A stretch of 37,217 nt of DNA, taken from a virus. Its lineage: Duplodnaviria; Caudoviricetes. The stretch lies in the IMG/VR virus record IMGVR_UViG_3300022670_000095, positions 1 to 37,217 of that record. The stretch is one strand, 5' to 3'. Position numbers and translations under genes: made by a program. This document shows, piece after piece, positions 7,840-17,328 of the stretch (its first letter is position 1; the number at the start of each line of letters is the position of its first letter). Below the pieces are notes generated by a model. The model did no database searches and had not been told where the DNA came from. It saw only the letters and a list, made by a program, of their open reading frames with translations.

Positions 7840-8157
7840 ATGCTAGATATGATGGCGTCACTAAGAAGAATTAAGCCGGTAGGTTCTACTGAAGATTATA
7901 CTTCGGGGAGTGTTGCAATAGACGAGCGAGGGTTAACCCGTAAGGAGTTAGGTGAGTTATTTACTGCCACCATTACGGCGATTCTAACCAAGGATAAATG
8001 TCTATGCACAAAAGAGGTAACATTGCTTTCTGGTAGCTCTCATGCTGCCACTGCAAAGAAGTTAAGAAAGCTTGAATCTCTAGGGGTGATAACCTCTATT
8101 AAAAAACGAGTTGGCAGCAACACTAAATCTACTCACTTTTATACACTGGTGGCCTAA
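7840..8157 (+). CDS. Winged-HTH DNA-binding protein
   Basis: CTKEVTLLSGSSHAATAKKLRKLESLGVI followed by a wing. Confidence 0.6.
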   Translation: MLDMMASLRRIKPVGSTEDYTSGSVAIDERGLTRKELGELFTATITAILTKDKCLCTKEVTLLSGSSHAATAKKLRKLESLGVITSIKKRVGSNTKSTHFYTLVA

Positions 8158-8462
8158 TGTTAAATTTCGCATCGATAACAAAAATATACCCAAGTCTTAA
8201 TCCTGTAAAGAAGAAGCCTGTAAAGCGCAAGAGAGGCACTATTGCCTCACAGCTACCAGTTAGCAAGGAAACTATCTTAAAGGTTATTGCTGCGTTACAG
8301 GGCGGCATATGGTTAACGTTTAAAGAGATAGGTGCTATTGCAGGACTTAGCAAGAATACTGTTAGTCGGGCGAGTAAGGTTATGTGTCGCGGTAATTTAG
8401 CTAGTGTGAGAGTTCCTACGACTGGCAAGGTTAGGAGTAGTTATTTGCGATTGATTGCTTGA
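8157..8462 (+). CDS. HTH DNA-binding protein
   Basis: LTFKEIGAIAGLSKNTVSRA. Confidence 0.65.
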   Translation: MLNFASITKIYPSLNPVKKKPVKRKRGTIASQLPVSKETILKVIAALQGGIWLTFKEIGAIAGLSKNTVSRASKVMCRGNLASVRVPTTGKVRSSYLRLIA

Positions 8463-8503
8463 CTTAGTTACCGAGTTAAGTAACACTGTAGTTAATTAAT
8501 CAG

Positions 8504-8950
8504 ATGGAGATATTTGTGGAAGCTATAACTAAGTACAAAGCCTTTGATGGTTCAGAGTTCAACGATAAAAATAAGTGTATTACTCACGAAATCAACTGTA
8601 ATCATGCCAATGTAATCATAAGCGAGCTAGAAGATCGGCCTGATAACTGTGGGTTTTCTAATGGCGACGGGTATATCCAGCAAGATTTAAATGCGGTGTT
8701 ACGTCTTAGGATTGAATTTTTAGAGTTTTGCAAAAGATACACTGACCACAAGTGGATTCAAGAAACGATTAACGGTGGCTTTGATGTTGACTCATCATGG
8801 GCGGGTAGGATTATTGGAGAATGTGCGCCAAACTCCATATATAAGATTTGGTATAGATTTTCATGTATAGGTAAGGACGGGCGCGAATGGGGTCAGCCTT
8901 ATTACGTAGCTAACACAGATAGAGCTAAAGACGTCAGATTGAATAAGTAG
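8504..8950 (+). CDS. Hypothetical phage protein
   Basis: YKAFDGSEF...C..HE N-terminus; 148 aa. Confidence 0.7.
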   Translation: MEIFVEAITKYKAFDGSEFNDKNKCITHEINCNHANVIISELEDRPDNCGFSNGDGYIQQDLNAVLRLRIEFLEFCKRYTDHKWIQETINGGFDVDSSWAGRIIGECAPNSIYKIWYRFSCIGKDGREWGQPYYVANTDRAKDVRLNK

Positions 8951-8956
8951 GTCATT

Positions 8957-9091
8957 ATGCCAATAACCGAAAAAGAATGTGCTTGCGGCTGTGGTAAAAA
9001 GTTCCACGGCACCAAGCGAGCAATGTATTTCAATAGCGCGTGCAAGATGCGCAAACGTAGAGCAGATGAAAAGGAGCAAGCTAATGATTAG
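8957..9091 (+). CDS. Small Cys-rich basic (zinc-finger-like) protein, 44 aa
   Basis: MPITEKECACGCGKKFHGTKRAMYFNSACKMRKRRADE; more plausible than the 5' part of the overlapping 8979 ORF. Confidence 0.6.
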   Translation: MPITEKECACGCGKKFHGTKRAMYFNSACKMRKRRADEKEQAND

Positions 9092-9173
9092 AGGTCATGA
9101 TGATATGTCAAAAGGATTGTTTATATTTGCTTTGCTGGCTGTTTTCTTTCTTACTTGGATTTTTACAGGGTGA
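9084..9173 (+). CDS. Small membrane peptide (29 aa)
   Basis: AGGAG RBS before ATG 9084; GLFIFALLAVFFLTWIFTG. Confidence 0.45.
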   Translation: MIRGHDDMSKGLFIFALLAVFFLTWIFTG

Positions 9174-9616
9174 TTAATAATTACACACTAAAGCTATCAA
9201 CATTAAGGGTTGCAGTTGATAAAATAAAAGAGGTGGTATCTGCTAACCCTGGTCAAGATTACACGTTAACGGTAGTTGAGAAAATCGAGAAACGTAGCCT
9301 GGCAGCTAACAGAGCTTATCAGGGTTGGATACCTGCTATATCAGACGAATTGGGTATGACTATTCCAGAGTGCACTTGTTATATCAAGCTGAACTTTGGA
9401 TTACCTATACTGCTAGCTGATGAATATATGGGCCCGTTAATTGGTGAAGGACTACGTGCTAAAGGTTATTTTCAATTGAGTTACGAACAGCAAATGGTTG
9501 AAATGTTAAAGCTACCGGTAACAAGGTTGTTTAGTACTGCGATGCATAAGAGGCTCAGAGATGATTTAGTTTATCATTTTGGTAATATGGGTTTAAATTT
9601 AGATTATAAGGGTTAA
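9155..9616 (+). CDS. NinB-like protein (start possibly GTG 9170)
   Basis: KRSLAANRAYQGW...K..FG.PIL...LPVTRLF..A; upstream of NinG. Confidence 0.6.
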   Translation: MDFYRVINNYTLKLSTLRVAVDKIKEVVSANPGQDYTLTVVEKIEKRSLAANRAYQGWIPAISDELGMTIPECTCYIKLNFGLPILLADEYMGPLIGEGLRAKGYFQLSYEQQMVEMLKLPVTRLFSTAMHKRLRDDLVYHFGNMGLNLDYKG

Positions 9617-9618
9617 TT

Positions 9619-9939
9619 ATGAGTGTTTCGGAATCAACATGGGCAATTCAAAAACCTAATAAATCAATGCACAACGCACATGATCACTCAAACTTTAGTA
9701 ACCTTGTTGGTATGATTTCAGGTGAGCAAGTTGTTATTGGGTTTTTGGGTTGCGGAAGATGGCAGTTAAGGTGTAAATGCGGACTTTACTCATCAAGAAA
9801 GACTACACAGCTAGTTTCAGGTGGAGGATACGAAGTTTGCCATAGTTGCAGGGATAATCTAATAAAGCTAAGAAGCGGAAGTAATTCAGGTCTTTCAGTC
9901 AATCAATTTATAAGGAAGTATCATGACAATAACACCTAA
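9619..9939 (+). CDS. Cys-containing hypothetical protein
   Basis: WQLRCKCG...CHSC. Confidence 0.6.
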   Translation: MSVSESTWAIQKPNKSMHNAHDHSNFSNLVGMISGEQVVIGFLGCGRWQLRCKCGLYSSRKTTQLVSGGGYEVCHSCRDNLIKLRSGSNSGLSVNQFIRKYHDNNT

Positions 9940-10033
9940 CACCAAACTCTGGTTAAGATTATTAGCCAGAGGTATTGTTATAGCACTGTTTATAGCTGGT
10001 AGTATTTGTTTTTCAATTGAGTATATTTATTAA
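9923..10033 (+). CDS. Small membrane peptide (36 aa)
   Basis: MTITPNTKLWLRLLARGIVIALFIAGSICFSIEYIY; AAGGA RBS. Confidence 0.45.
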   Translation: MTITPNTKLWLRLLARGIVIALFIAGSICFSIEYIY

Positions 10034-10047
10034 GGGGTGAGTGTTAT

Positions 10048-10311
10048 ATGTATTATTTTTGGGTTTTAATCGCTTCTGTGGTTACGGTTATGCTGGGTAG
10101 TTTTATTTCTATTGGTTACGATAATTATAAAAAAGGAAGGAAAATCACAAATACCGTAATCATTAAAAGAAAGGTTTATAGGTTTTATGGTTTACAGGGA
10201 TTTACTTATGAGAGCAAAGAGGTTGACTTTTCTGTTTATTTTGATAATCCAGAGTTTTGTGATTGGTTTATTTATGATTACAAATACTACAGAAAGGGCG
10301 TTGAAATATGA
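10048..10311 (+). CDS. Membrane-anchored hypothetical protein
   Basis: N-terminal hydrophobic helix. Confidence 0.6.
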   Translation: MYYFWVLIASVVTVMLGSFISIGYDNYKKGRKITNTVIIKRKVYRFYGLQGFTYESKEVDFSVYFDNPEFCDWFIYDYKYYRKGVEI

Positions 10312-10886
10312 GATGCAAGGTGTGCCGCGATAAATTCGAGGCTAAATACTTTCTTCAAAAGGCATGCTTAAAACCTAAGTGCTTAGCTGAATGGGCAAAG
10401 TCTGAAAGAGAGTTAAAAGCCGATAAGGTTCACGCAGTTAAAAAGAAAGAATTTAAATTGTCCGATACAAAGCTGCAGCATGATTTGACACAAAAGTCAT
10501 TTAACAAGCTTCGTGTACTGCAGGAAAAGAAGTGGTTTACTGACAATGGTATTGAGCCTGAATGTATATCATGCGGCAAGCAAAATATGGACTGGTGCTG
10601 TGGTCATTTTAAGTCAAGAGGCGCCCAAGGAAACCTAAGATATGATGAAAAAAATACATATTTACAATGTAATCGCTATTGCAATATGGCGCTCAGCGGG
10701 AATATCGCAGGAAACAAAACGACAAGAGGGTATGCTTCAGGATTGTTTGTTCGTTTCGGGGAAGCTGCCCAAGGTATTATCGACTATTGCGAATCAAACA
10801 CTGCGGTAAAAAAGTGGACTGGTGAAGAGTTACAGGAAATGAGGAAGGAATTCAATAAGAAGATTAAGGAGCTTGTAGATGTGTAA
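10308..10886 (+). CDS. ninG: NinG/Rap-family recombination endonuclease
   Basis: RCKVC...C...C N-terminus; CISCG...CGHFKSRGA...LRYDEKN..LQCNRYCN..LSGN. Confidence 0.85.
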   Translation: MRCKVCRDKFEAKYFLQKACLKPKCLAEWAKSERELKADKVHAVKKKEFKLSDTKLQHDLTQKSFNKLRVLQEKKWFTDNGIEPECISCGKQNMDWCCGHFKSRGAQGNLRYDEKNTYLQCNRYCNMALSGNIAGNKTTRGYASGLFVRFGEAAQGIIDYCESNTAVKKWTGEELQEMRKEFNKKIKELVDV

Positions 10887-11262
10887 GGTCACTGGTTGCG
10901 ATAGGATATCTATGTATAAGGCTAAAGATGTTTGCCAAAAGCATTATTTTAGATTTATGCGTAATGGAACTTATGACATTGTTAATACGAAAAGTTACAG
11001 GCTAGAGAACCCTAAAGGGTACCAGATGATATACGAGCCTAGTCATCAGCTAGCGCAAAAAGCTAAAGGTTATGTTTACGAGCATAGATTTGTTCTTTTT
11101 AATGATTCTGGTGAGTCAATATCAAAGTGCGAAATATGCAAGAGTCATTGGTGTTGGTATGACGTGTATAATAGCCATGTTGACCATATAGATAAAAACG
11201 TAAAAAATAACAATGTTAATAATCTACGGCCTTTGTGTAACTCTTGCAATGTTTCAAGGTAG
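10879..11262 (+). CDS. HNH endonuclease (homing-type)
   Basis: CKVTGC...CQKHY; YVYEHR; CEIC; HVDHID...NN..NNLRPLCNSCN. Confidence 0.85.
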   Translation: MCKVTGCDRISMYKAKDVCQKHYFRFMRNGTYDIVNTKSYRLENPKGYQMIYEPSHQLAQKAKGYVYEHRFVLFNDSGESISKCEICKSHWCWYDVYNSHVDHIDKNVKNNNVNNLRPLCNSCNVSR

Positions 11263-11314
11263 AGTAAACTGAAAGAATTGCAAAACAAGGACTAGCGACG
11301 GTTAGTTTAGTTGT

Positions 11315-11350
11315 GCCCACTCTTATTCCTTTTGAGTGGGCTTTTTGTTT
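11315..11350 (+). terminator. Intrinsic terminator between the convergent early and late arms
   Basis: gcccactc...gagtgggc-tttttgttt. Confidence 0.8.
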
Positions 11351-11516
11351 ACAGTTCTGGTTCAGGTTCTGGCTCAAAATACTGGCTGATTATTTCAGAC
11401 TTTACCACGCCGTCAACAATCTCTTTCGTGTTAATCCAGTCACCGCTTACTGGTGGGCGCTGAACTACTAATGGGGCGCTATCTGCACCCGCTTCTAATA
11501 CTTTAATCTCTAACAT
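11349..11516 (-). CDS. Small tail-associated hypothetical protein (55 aa)
   Basis: MLEIKVLEAGADSAPLVVQRPPVSGDWINTKE...FEPEPEPEL; overlaps the upstream stop. Confidence 0.5.
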   Translation of the reverse strand: MLEIKVLEAGADSAPLVVQRPPVSGDWINTKEIVDGVVKSEIISQYFEPEPEPEL

Positions 11517-12111
11517 AGGTTACCGCCGCTGATTGTTGTACGCCACTAATTGTAACGCCTGCTGAATATTGAATCTCAACTTTTAGGCTTTCAGTAAATG
11601 GAATTCCTATACCGTTGAATATACATTGATCTTCTGATATCAAACCAACCTCACCGTTCGGGTCTTGCCATCCGTCATCGGCAGCACCTAGTAAGCTAGT
11701 GCCAACTGTAGAGGATGCGATTTGGGGGTTTATTTTTAACGCCCCGCCGAGTATCGGTCTATCAGTCGATACGTTGTAAAATTTATATTCTGTTTCTACT
11801 CCTGAAGCCGTTACAAATATAGATACATCATTCGCACCCAGTGACGTGGCCCCAACAACATGAGTCAGTGTGCCTGATACGCCTGAGACTATATCAATTA
11901 TAGTTTGTCGGTTAGTATTATTTATCAGTGAAGCTTGTGCCCCAGACCTTGAGCCTCGAGTTAATGCCATCTCTGTAAAAAAAGCAGAGTTGTTAGATAA
12001 TACTACTGTGGTGCCGTTTGTCTTTAACTTTACGTTACCTTGTATTGCCAATAGCTTTGGCATTTTAGGTGGTAGCCTCCCACCTGTAATTGAACTCAAC
12101 AATCTACTCAT
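11503..12111 (-). CDS. Putative tail fibre-associated or receptor-binding protein
   Basis: Beta-rich; coupled to the tail appendage gene. Confidence 0.5.
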   Translation of the reverse strand: MSRLLSSITGGRLPPKMPKLLAIQGNVKLKTNGTTVVLSNNSAFFTEMALTRGSRSGAQASLINNTNRQTIIDIVSGVSGTLTHVVGATSLGANDVSIFVTASGVETEYKFYNVSTDRPILGGALKINPQIASSTVGTSLLGAADDGWQDPNGEVGLISEDQCIFNGIGIPFTESLKVEIQYSAGVTISGVQQSAAVTYVRD

Positions 12112-13007
12112 TAAACTTGCGCTCCTACTATTGATAATACTGTGGCTGATTTAGCTACCATCTGAACCGAATCACCTGGTGATAATTCCATGTTTACGGT
12201 TGCTGCAATATCGCCTTTCTTGCCTTTAATGGTTTCGATAGGGTTTAATACTTGCACCTTGAAAGTTGATGTTATCAAGTTGTGATAAATAAACGAATCG
12301 CCAGGAACTAAAACGGGTAGTGTTACATCGACAGTGTTTGCTGATGCGTCAATCTGTCTAGACTCGTCTGCTGCACCTGTAAAATCTGCCGTTTCAGGTA
12401 TATCCCAAGAGTTTAAATTTTCTAGCGCTATTACTTCAGGAATCTTTGCACCATCAATAGACGGTAGCCAGCTAGTGCCGTCATCAGTTTCAGGGTCATT
12501 AGCTGCTGTTGCTGTTAATGCTTTCCACAAGTTGCCGGTAGTCGATTGAACCACATTACCAACTGCATAAGTAATATTGGTATTCCATACACCTATAAAG
12601 TTTACTTGCTCCCATTCTTCAGGTGTTAGCGTAGGGTCGTTACCTGCGTTACCATTTGATAAAGACTTGTAAAACTCACCGTCTGAGCCTTCAACAAGAT
12701 CGTTTTCATCGTAAGTTACAACAGCATCCCACGGCGAGAAGTTACCTAATTCTGTTTGACCACCTACAGGATCGAATTCACCATACTGTACTGAGTTTTC
12801 ATCTTGTATGACTAACTTAGCTGAGCCACTAAAAAAGATGTTCGGGACAACGCCGTCAGAATTCGTTAATACTGGATGCGTGTTTTCTAAACCTGTAGTC
12901 TCAAATTGATCTTTATATGTAACTAACTGCGTATTGGTGCCGCTAGCAAAAAAGAACAGTTTTGAGTTCGGTCTAAAGGCCGGAGCGGGATTGATAAAGC
13001 GAGCCAT
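12111..13007 (-). CDS. Tail appendage with a head-binding-like N-terminus and two CBM5/12-like repeats
   Basis: P22 gene 9 position; WDAVVTYDENDLV..SDGEFYKSL and WNTNITYAVGNVV..TGNLWKAL. Confidence 0.65.
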   Translation of the reverse strand: MARFINPAPAFRPNSKLFFFASGTNTQLVTYKDQFETTGLENTHPVLTNSDGVVPNIFFSGSAKLVIQDENSVQYGEFDPVGGQTELGNFSPWDAVVTYDENDLVEGSDGEFYKSLSNGNAGNDPTLTPEEWEQVNFIGVWNTNITYAVGNVVQSTTGNLWKALTATAANDPETDDGTSWLPSIDGAKIPEVIALENLNSWDIPETADFTGAADESRQIDASANTVDVTLPVLVPGDSFIYHNLITSTFKVQVLNPIETIKGKKGDIAATVNMELSPGDSVQMVAKSATVLSIVGAQV

Positions 13008-13061
13008 TATTTTAAATCCTTATGTTGTGCTACACTAATTTTATTTAATAGGTATTTTATC

Positions 13062-13142
13062 ATGCTTACCCTATTTATACTTTATATTGTAGTTTCGTGC
13101 GTTGTTGGCATCGTTGCCGGTGTAATTGCATCGTATAATTAA
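13062..13142 (+). CDS. 26-aa single-TM peptide, opposite to the late operon
   Basis: MLTLFILYIVVSCVVGIVAGVIASYN; AGGT RBS; extended -10 TGC-TACACT at 13028-13036. Confidence 0.55.
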   Translation: MLTLFILYIVVSCVVGIVAGVIASYN

Positions 13143-14825
13143 TTACTGCTTTAACAGATCTTTAATAGACTTCAACTGATTAGCTTCGTTAATACCTCTT
13201 AACCTTTTAGCTCCTGCTTTTGCGCCAACAGCTAACGCACCCGGTATGGTCATTTGAGATACGTCGATAGCAGTATCAATACCAGCCTTGCCAACTTCAC
13301 CCCTTAATGATGTTCTTGCGCCGCTACCAAATACAGCATCTAACTCATCAGCGAATATTGATAGGTTTAATATATCGTCATCAAATGAACCGCCATACTT
13401 TTGAGCAGTATCTTCTAAATCCTTGATAGCCGTCAATAGATTGGCGCGTGCTTTAGTGTTATTAGTTTGCGACCTTAATAATGTACCTGCCGCTTTATTG
13501 GCATTAGGCCCAGCAAAGTCTAACTTACGACCAGCAACATCTTGCAAGTTATCAAGCGCGGTTATTGTGTCAGAGAATCGTTTGTTAGCTTCTCTATAAT
13601 TATCAAAGTTTGCACTAATGCTATCGTTTACGCCTTTCCTTAAGCTCTTGGCCACTCGCTCAGTTTTGCCGCCTAATCCCTCGGCAGTTTTACCGAAGCT
13701 TACATTTTCATCGATAAACTTTTTAAACTGATGAGCCTCTAAAGCGTCAGGGTTTGGTTTTCTTTTTATGCGTAAAGATATTTTATTAATTAAACTTTCA
13801 GCAGGGGCTACACCTTCAATCTGTGAGCCTTCAAAGCTTGGCTTTCCTTTGTCATCGAAAGTAACGCCTAACTCATCCATATCATTAAAGAATTTATTAA
13901 TAGGCTCTTGAACGTCAACCTCTTTACCTTTTAAACCTTTTGCTATTCTGTTTAGTTGCTGCCCTGCTTGCTGATTATTACCTTTAACAAAATCAATCTT
14001 TTTAATTAAGGCGTCACCGGCAACGTCAGCAGTTCTTGTTAATGCTTTAGCTCTAGCGTCACCCTTACCCTTTTCAACAATAGAAACCATTTGCGCCATT
14101 TTGCGCCTATCTGTAGCGCTAGCGTTTGCAACTAAAGTAGTTACTGAGTCATCAAAACCTTGCTTTCTTGCTGACTTAACCATGTTAAAGACGCGAGGCT
14201 CAAACCTGTCATTGCCTAACTTCTTTTCAAAGCTTTTTATAACTTGATCGGGTGCAGCTTCACCAAGAACGTTAAGTGTTTTATTTCTGCTTTTAGGTAA
14301 TCGCAAGTTAGGTGCGGCTATCTTCGGTGTTACTCCACCAGTCAACCCGACAGGAGGTAAAGCGCCTAGAGCCTGACCAATATCGCCAACGATTTCTTGC
14401 CCGGCTTCACTTGATGGCGCAAATGTTAACTTAGATGCTAACGCCTGAGCCTCTTCAAGCCCTTCGCCTGGTTTTAATCTGCCAGTTAATTCGCCAACAA
14501 TACCGGTTAATGTACCAGCACCAAAACCTAAAGCACCAGAAGTTGCACCAGTACCAAGTGTTAATGCTGCCTCACCAACGCCTTGCAGTGTTTCGCCAAG
14601 GCTTCTATCGGTTGGTGCTGCTATGGATACTTGACCGCCTCCAGGAACGTCAGGATTACCGGCAGATACATTTGATGCAATACCGCCTTGTGGCTGCTGA
14701 ACTCCAGGCATAGTGATTAAGCCACGGTTTACAGCCTCATCAAACTTGGCCCTTGTTGCAGGGTCAAACTTATCTTGCAAGCCTCTGTTGGCAATCTCTT
14801 GCCATTTCTCTTGAGTAGTAGCCAT
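13143..14825 (-). CDS. DNA ejection/pilot protein (P22 gp16-like position)
   Basis: G/A-rich hydrophobic segments plus a helical body; last of the internal virion genes. Confidence 0.65.
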   Translation of the reverse strand: MATTQEKWQEIANRGLQDKFDPATRAKFDEAVNRGLITMPGVQQPQGGIASNVSAGNPDVPGGGQVSIAAPTDRSLGETLQGVGEAALTLGTGATSGALGFGAGTLTGIVGELTGRLKPGEGLEEAQALASKLTFAPSSEAGQEIVGDIGQALGALPPVGLTGGVTPKIAAPNLRLPKSRNKTLNVLGEAAPDQVIKSFEKKLGNDRFEPRVFNMVKSARKQGFDDSVTTLVANASATDRRKMAQMVSIVEKGKGDARAKALTRTADVAGDALIKKIDFVKGNNQQAGQQLNRIAKGLKGKEVDVQEPINKFFNDMDELGVTFDDKGKPSFEGSQIEGVAPAESLINKISLRIKRKPNPDALEAHQFKKFIDENVSFGKTAEGLGGKTERVAKSLRKGVNDSISANFDNYREANKRFSDTITALDNLQDVAGRKLDFAGPNANKAAGTLLRSQTNNTKARANLLTAIKDLEDTAQKYGGSFDDDILNLSIFADELDAVFGSGARTSLRGEVGKAGIDTAIDVSQMTIPGALAVGAKAGAKRLRGINEANQLKSIKDLLKQ

Positions 14826-16030
14826 TAGTTGAATAAATCCTCATCAGAAAGCTCGCCGACATTAATTGCCTTGTTAGTAGGGGTAAATGTAAAGTTACTT
14901 AAACTACCGCCTTTGCTCGCATTTATAAGTTGATCTAACTCGTTTGTTTGCGCGTGCTGGTCTGTAATGAAATCGTTTAGCAATTGAATGTTTACCGTTT
15001 CATCGCGACCTATACCGAACATAGCTTGCTTCATACCTTGAACATCGGCATCAGTTGGTCTTGTTTCACCAGATGCTTTAAGCGTTTGTCTTGCTGCAAC
15101 TTCTGCGAATGCGTTAAACTCTTCATCAAATTGACCTTGAGAAGTAAACACGCCAGGAACAAATGATAAACCTTTACGGCCCGCTCCTGAGTGAACCTCA
15201 CCATTTTCTAGCGCCAACTTAAACTTGGTTGCTTTTTTAACAGCAGAGTCTCGGCCTGTTGAAGTGCTTGATAGTTCGCCTAGCCTACGGATATTACTGC
15301 GCTGTATTGATTTTTGCTGATCATCAAGTAAGCTTTCTTTTTGCTGCGTGCGTTTAATTGTTTGGTCAAGTTTCTTAAGTTCAATCTTTCTTTTATGTGC
15401 TTGGTCGCGTGATGTTGCTACAGAGTTTTTAGCTGCTTCACCTGTTAATATCTCACCTGTTGGAGAGGTAACTTGTCTTTGTCCGCCTTTTAATACTGAG
15501 ATAATGGTACCGTCATCTAATATCTTTGATGATTGAACACTTACAGGGCCGCCACCTCTTGTGTCACTAAGCATACCAAGATCAACACCCGCCTCTTCTG
15601 CGCGCTTAAGTCCTGATACGATACCTTGAATATCACCGGCAGCAAACTTATCAAGAATCATTCTAGTGCCTTGAGTATCGCCATTTAAACGCTCTACTTG
15701 CTCAAGTCGATTAGAAAATAAGTTTAAAAACCCGTCACCGTCACCAGCTTCAAGCATCTTTCTAGCTGAACGCATATCTTCAAAATAAGCTTTTCTTCTT
15801 TTATCACTAAGCTGGTTAAAAGTATTTGCTGTCACTTGTGCGCGCGCTGGATCTAAAAGAGCCAACTGTTGAAAGTCTAAACTTCCTTCAGGGCTAAAGC
15901 CGCCTTGTTGAATCTGCTGGCCTATACCTTGCTGTAAGGAGTTAAGTTGATTCTGCTGCTGGCGCTGTTGAATATTACCAGCAAGCGCTAGTCCTTCATT
16001 AACATTTCTAATTGGGTTGAAATCTGCCAT
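14825..16030 (-). CDS. DNA ejection/internal virion protein
   Basis: Q-rich helical protein; synteny. Confidence 0.6.
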   Translation of the reverse strand: MADFNPIRNVNEGLALAGNIQQRQQQNQLNSLQQGIGQQIQQGGFSPEGSLDFQQLALLDPARAQVTANTFNQLSDKRRKAYFEDMRSARKMLEAGDGDGFLNLFSNRLEQVERLNGDTQGTRMILDKFAAGDIQGIVSGLKRAEEAGVDLGMLSDTRGGGPVSVQSSKILDDGTIISVLKGGQRQVTSPTGEILTGEAAKNSVATSRDQAHKRKIELKKLDQTIKRTQQKESLLDDQQKSIQRSNIRRLGELSSTSTGRDSAVKKATKFKLALENGEVHSGAGRKGLSFVPGVFTSQGQFDEEFNAFAEVAARQTLKASGETRPTDADVQGMKQAMFGIGRDETVNIQLLNDFITDQHAQTNELDQLINASKGGSLSNFTFTPTNKAINVGELSDEDLFN

Positions 16031-17326
16031 TTATACGATCCCCGTTAAAGCCGAAGTTGTTTGTTGTTGTACCGGTGCTGCTGTTGATGATGGTTGTTGA
16101 TTGCCTATAAACACACCCGCCGCACCAGCTAAATTGCCAACTAAGTTTTGTGCATTCTGACCTTGGGCCAATGCAAGGTTAGCTTGGTTCACCCCTTGAT
16201 TAGTAGCTATTCCAGCAAGTTGACTTCCTGTACCTGTAGATATATTAGCTAATAATTGAGCCATTTGCGCTTGTTGCTGTGCATTAAACTGACCTGAGCC
16301 GCTTAATAGGTTAGCAATATTTCCCGCGCCACTACCGATTAAATCGGATAAACCTGAACCAGCTTGGTTAGCAAGGTTACTTAATCCTGACGTTGTTTGA
16401 CCTATTTGGCTAGCAATATCTCGACCGGCTTGGAATCTATTTTGCGCTATATTCTGCCCTGTGCTTTGGAATAAGTTGCCAATATTAACACCTTGTTGAT
16501 TTTGGAAACCTGCTTGTTGTCCTGCTGCGCTTAATCTATTTGCTGCACTAGCTAGATTAGCTTGAGTTCCTAGTTGAGCATTTTGAGAAGCTAACTGTCC
16601 TTGCTGCTGACCTGCTTGACTTAAGAACTGCCCCGCTTGACCTGCTGCTTGCAAGCCTTGACTAGATAACTGACCTAGTCTGTTAAATGTGTTTTGAAAA
16701 TCTTGCTGTGCTAAGCCTTGACCTTGACGCTGCAATTCACTAAGTACATTACCACCAACTAAACCGCCCGTTGCTGATGCTGCATTAGTAACTTGTCGCA
16801 AACCTTGTTCACGTAAAAATGCTTGCCCTGGTGATTCGTTAAAGGCTGCAAAAGCTTGCTGCTCTGCCTCTGGGCCTAAAGCACCAGATAGTGCCGCTTG
16901 TCGTTGCTGAGCAGATACACCCGCACCGGTAAATTGATTAACACCACCTGCCGCTTGTTGAAATAGCGGCTGACCAGTATTCGGATCTACTTGTTGAGCT
17001 TGGACGCCAAACCCACCACCAAGTGTTTGCACTGCATTCTGAGCGCCTGCGTTTATTGCTGCGCCTGCACCTTGAAAGCCTTGTGATAAAGCTAATTCAG
17101 AACCAGATAAACCAAACTGCTGTTGAGGCTGCTGTACTGGTTGTGGTGGTTGCTGTAGTGGTTGCGGTTGCACTTGCATCGTTTGAGCTTGAGATACCGG
17201 AGCATTAACACCACCTAAAGATGGTACTCCTGGTCGCACGCCTTGCGGTAGGAAATTCTGTTGAATCGCCGATACGCCAACTTGATTGCGAGCGCCTTGA
17301 CCTAACATGTTTGGAGCTATTGCCAT
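16031..17326 (-). CDS. DNA ejection protein, Q/G/A-rich
   Basis: ESPGQAFLREQG...AASATGGLVGGN.L.ELQ motif typical of podovirus pilot proteins. Confidence 0.65.
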   Translation of the reverse strand: MAIAPNMLGQGARNQVGVSAIQQNFLPQGVRPGVPSLGGVNAPVSQAQTMQVQPQPLQQPPQPVQQPQQQFGLSGSELALSQGFQGAGAAINAGAQNAVQTLGGGFGVQAQQVDPNTGQPLFQQAAGGVNQFTGAGVSAQQRQAALSGALGPEAEQQAFAAFNESPGQAFLREQGLRQVTNAASATGGLVGGNVLSELQRQGQGLAQQDFQNTFNRLGQLSSQGLQAAGQAGQFLSQAGQQQGQLASQNAQLGTQANLASAANRLSAAGQQAGFQNQQGVNIGNLFQSTGQNIAQNRFQAGRDIASQIGQTTSGLSNLANQAGSGLSDLIGSGAGNIANLLSGSGQFNAQQQAQMAQLLANISTGTGSQLAGIATNQGVNQANLALAQGQNAQNLVGNLAGAAGVFIGNQQPSSTAAPVQQQTTSALTGIV

Positions 17327-17328
17327 GA

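Noticed and set aside
8979-9083. 5' part of the 64-aa ORF 8979-9173
   Set aside because: Better explained by the Cys-rich ORF 8957-9091 plus a peptide starting at 9084.
11503-13007. Diversity-generating retroelement or invertible tail cassette
   Set aside because: No reverse transcriptase, recombinase or template/variable repeat pair was found.
16031-17326. ttgctg/ttgttg-rich low-complexity DNA
   Set aside because: It reflects Gln/Ala/Gly codons of ejection proteins, not an independent repeat element.
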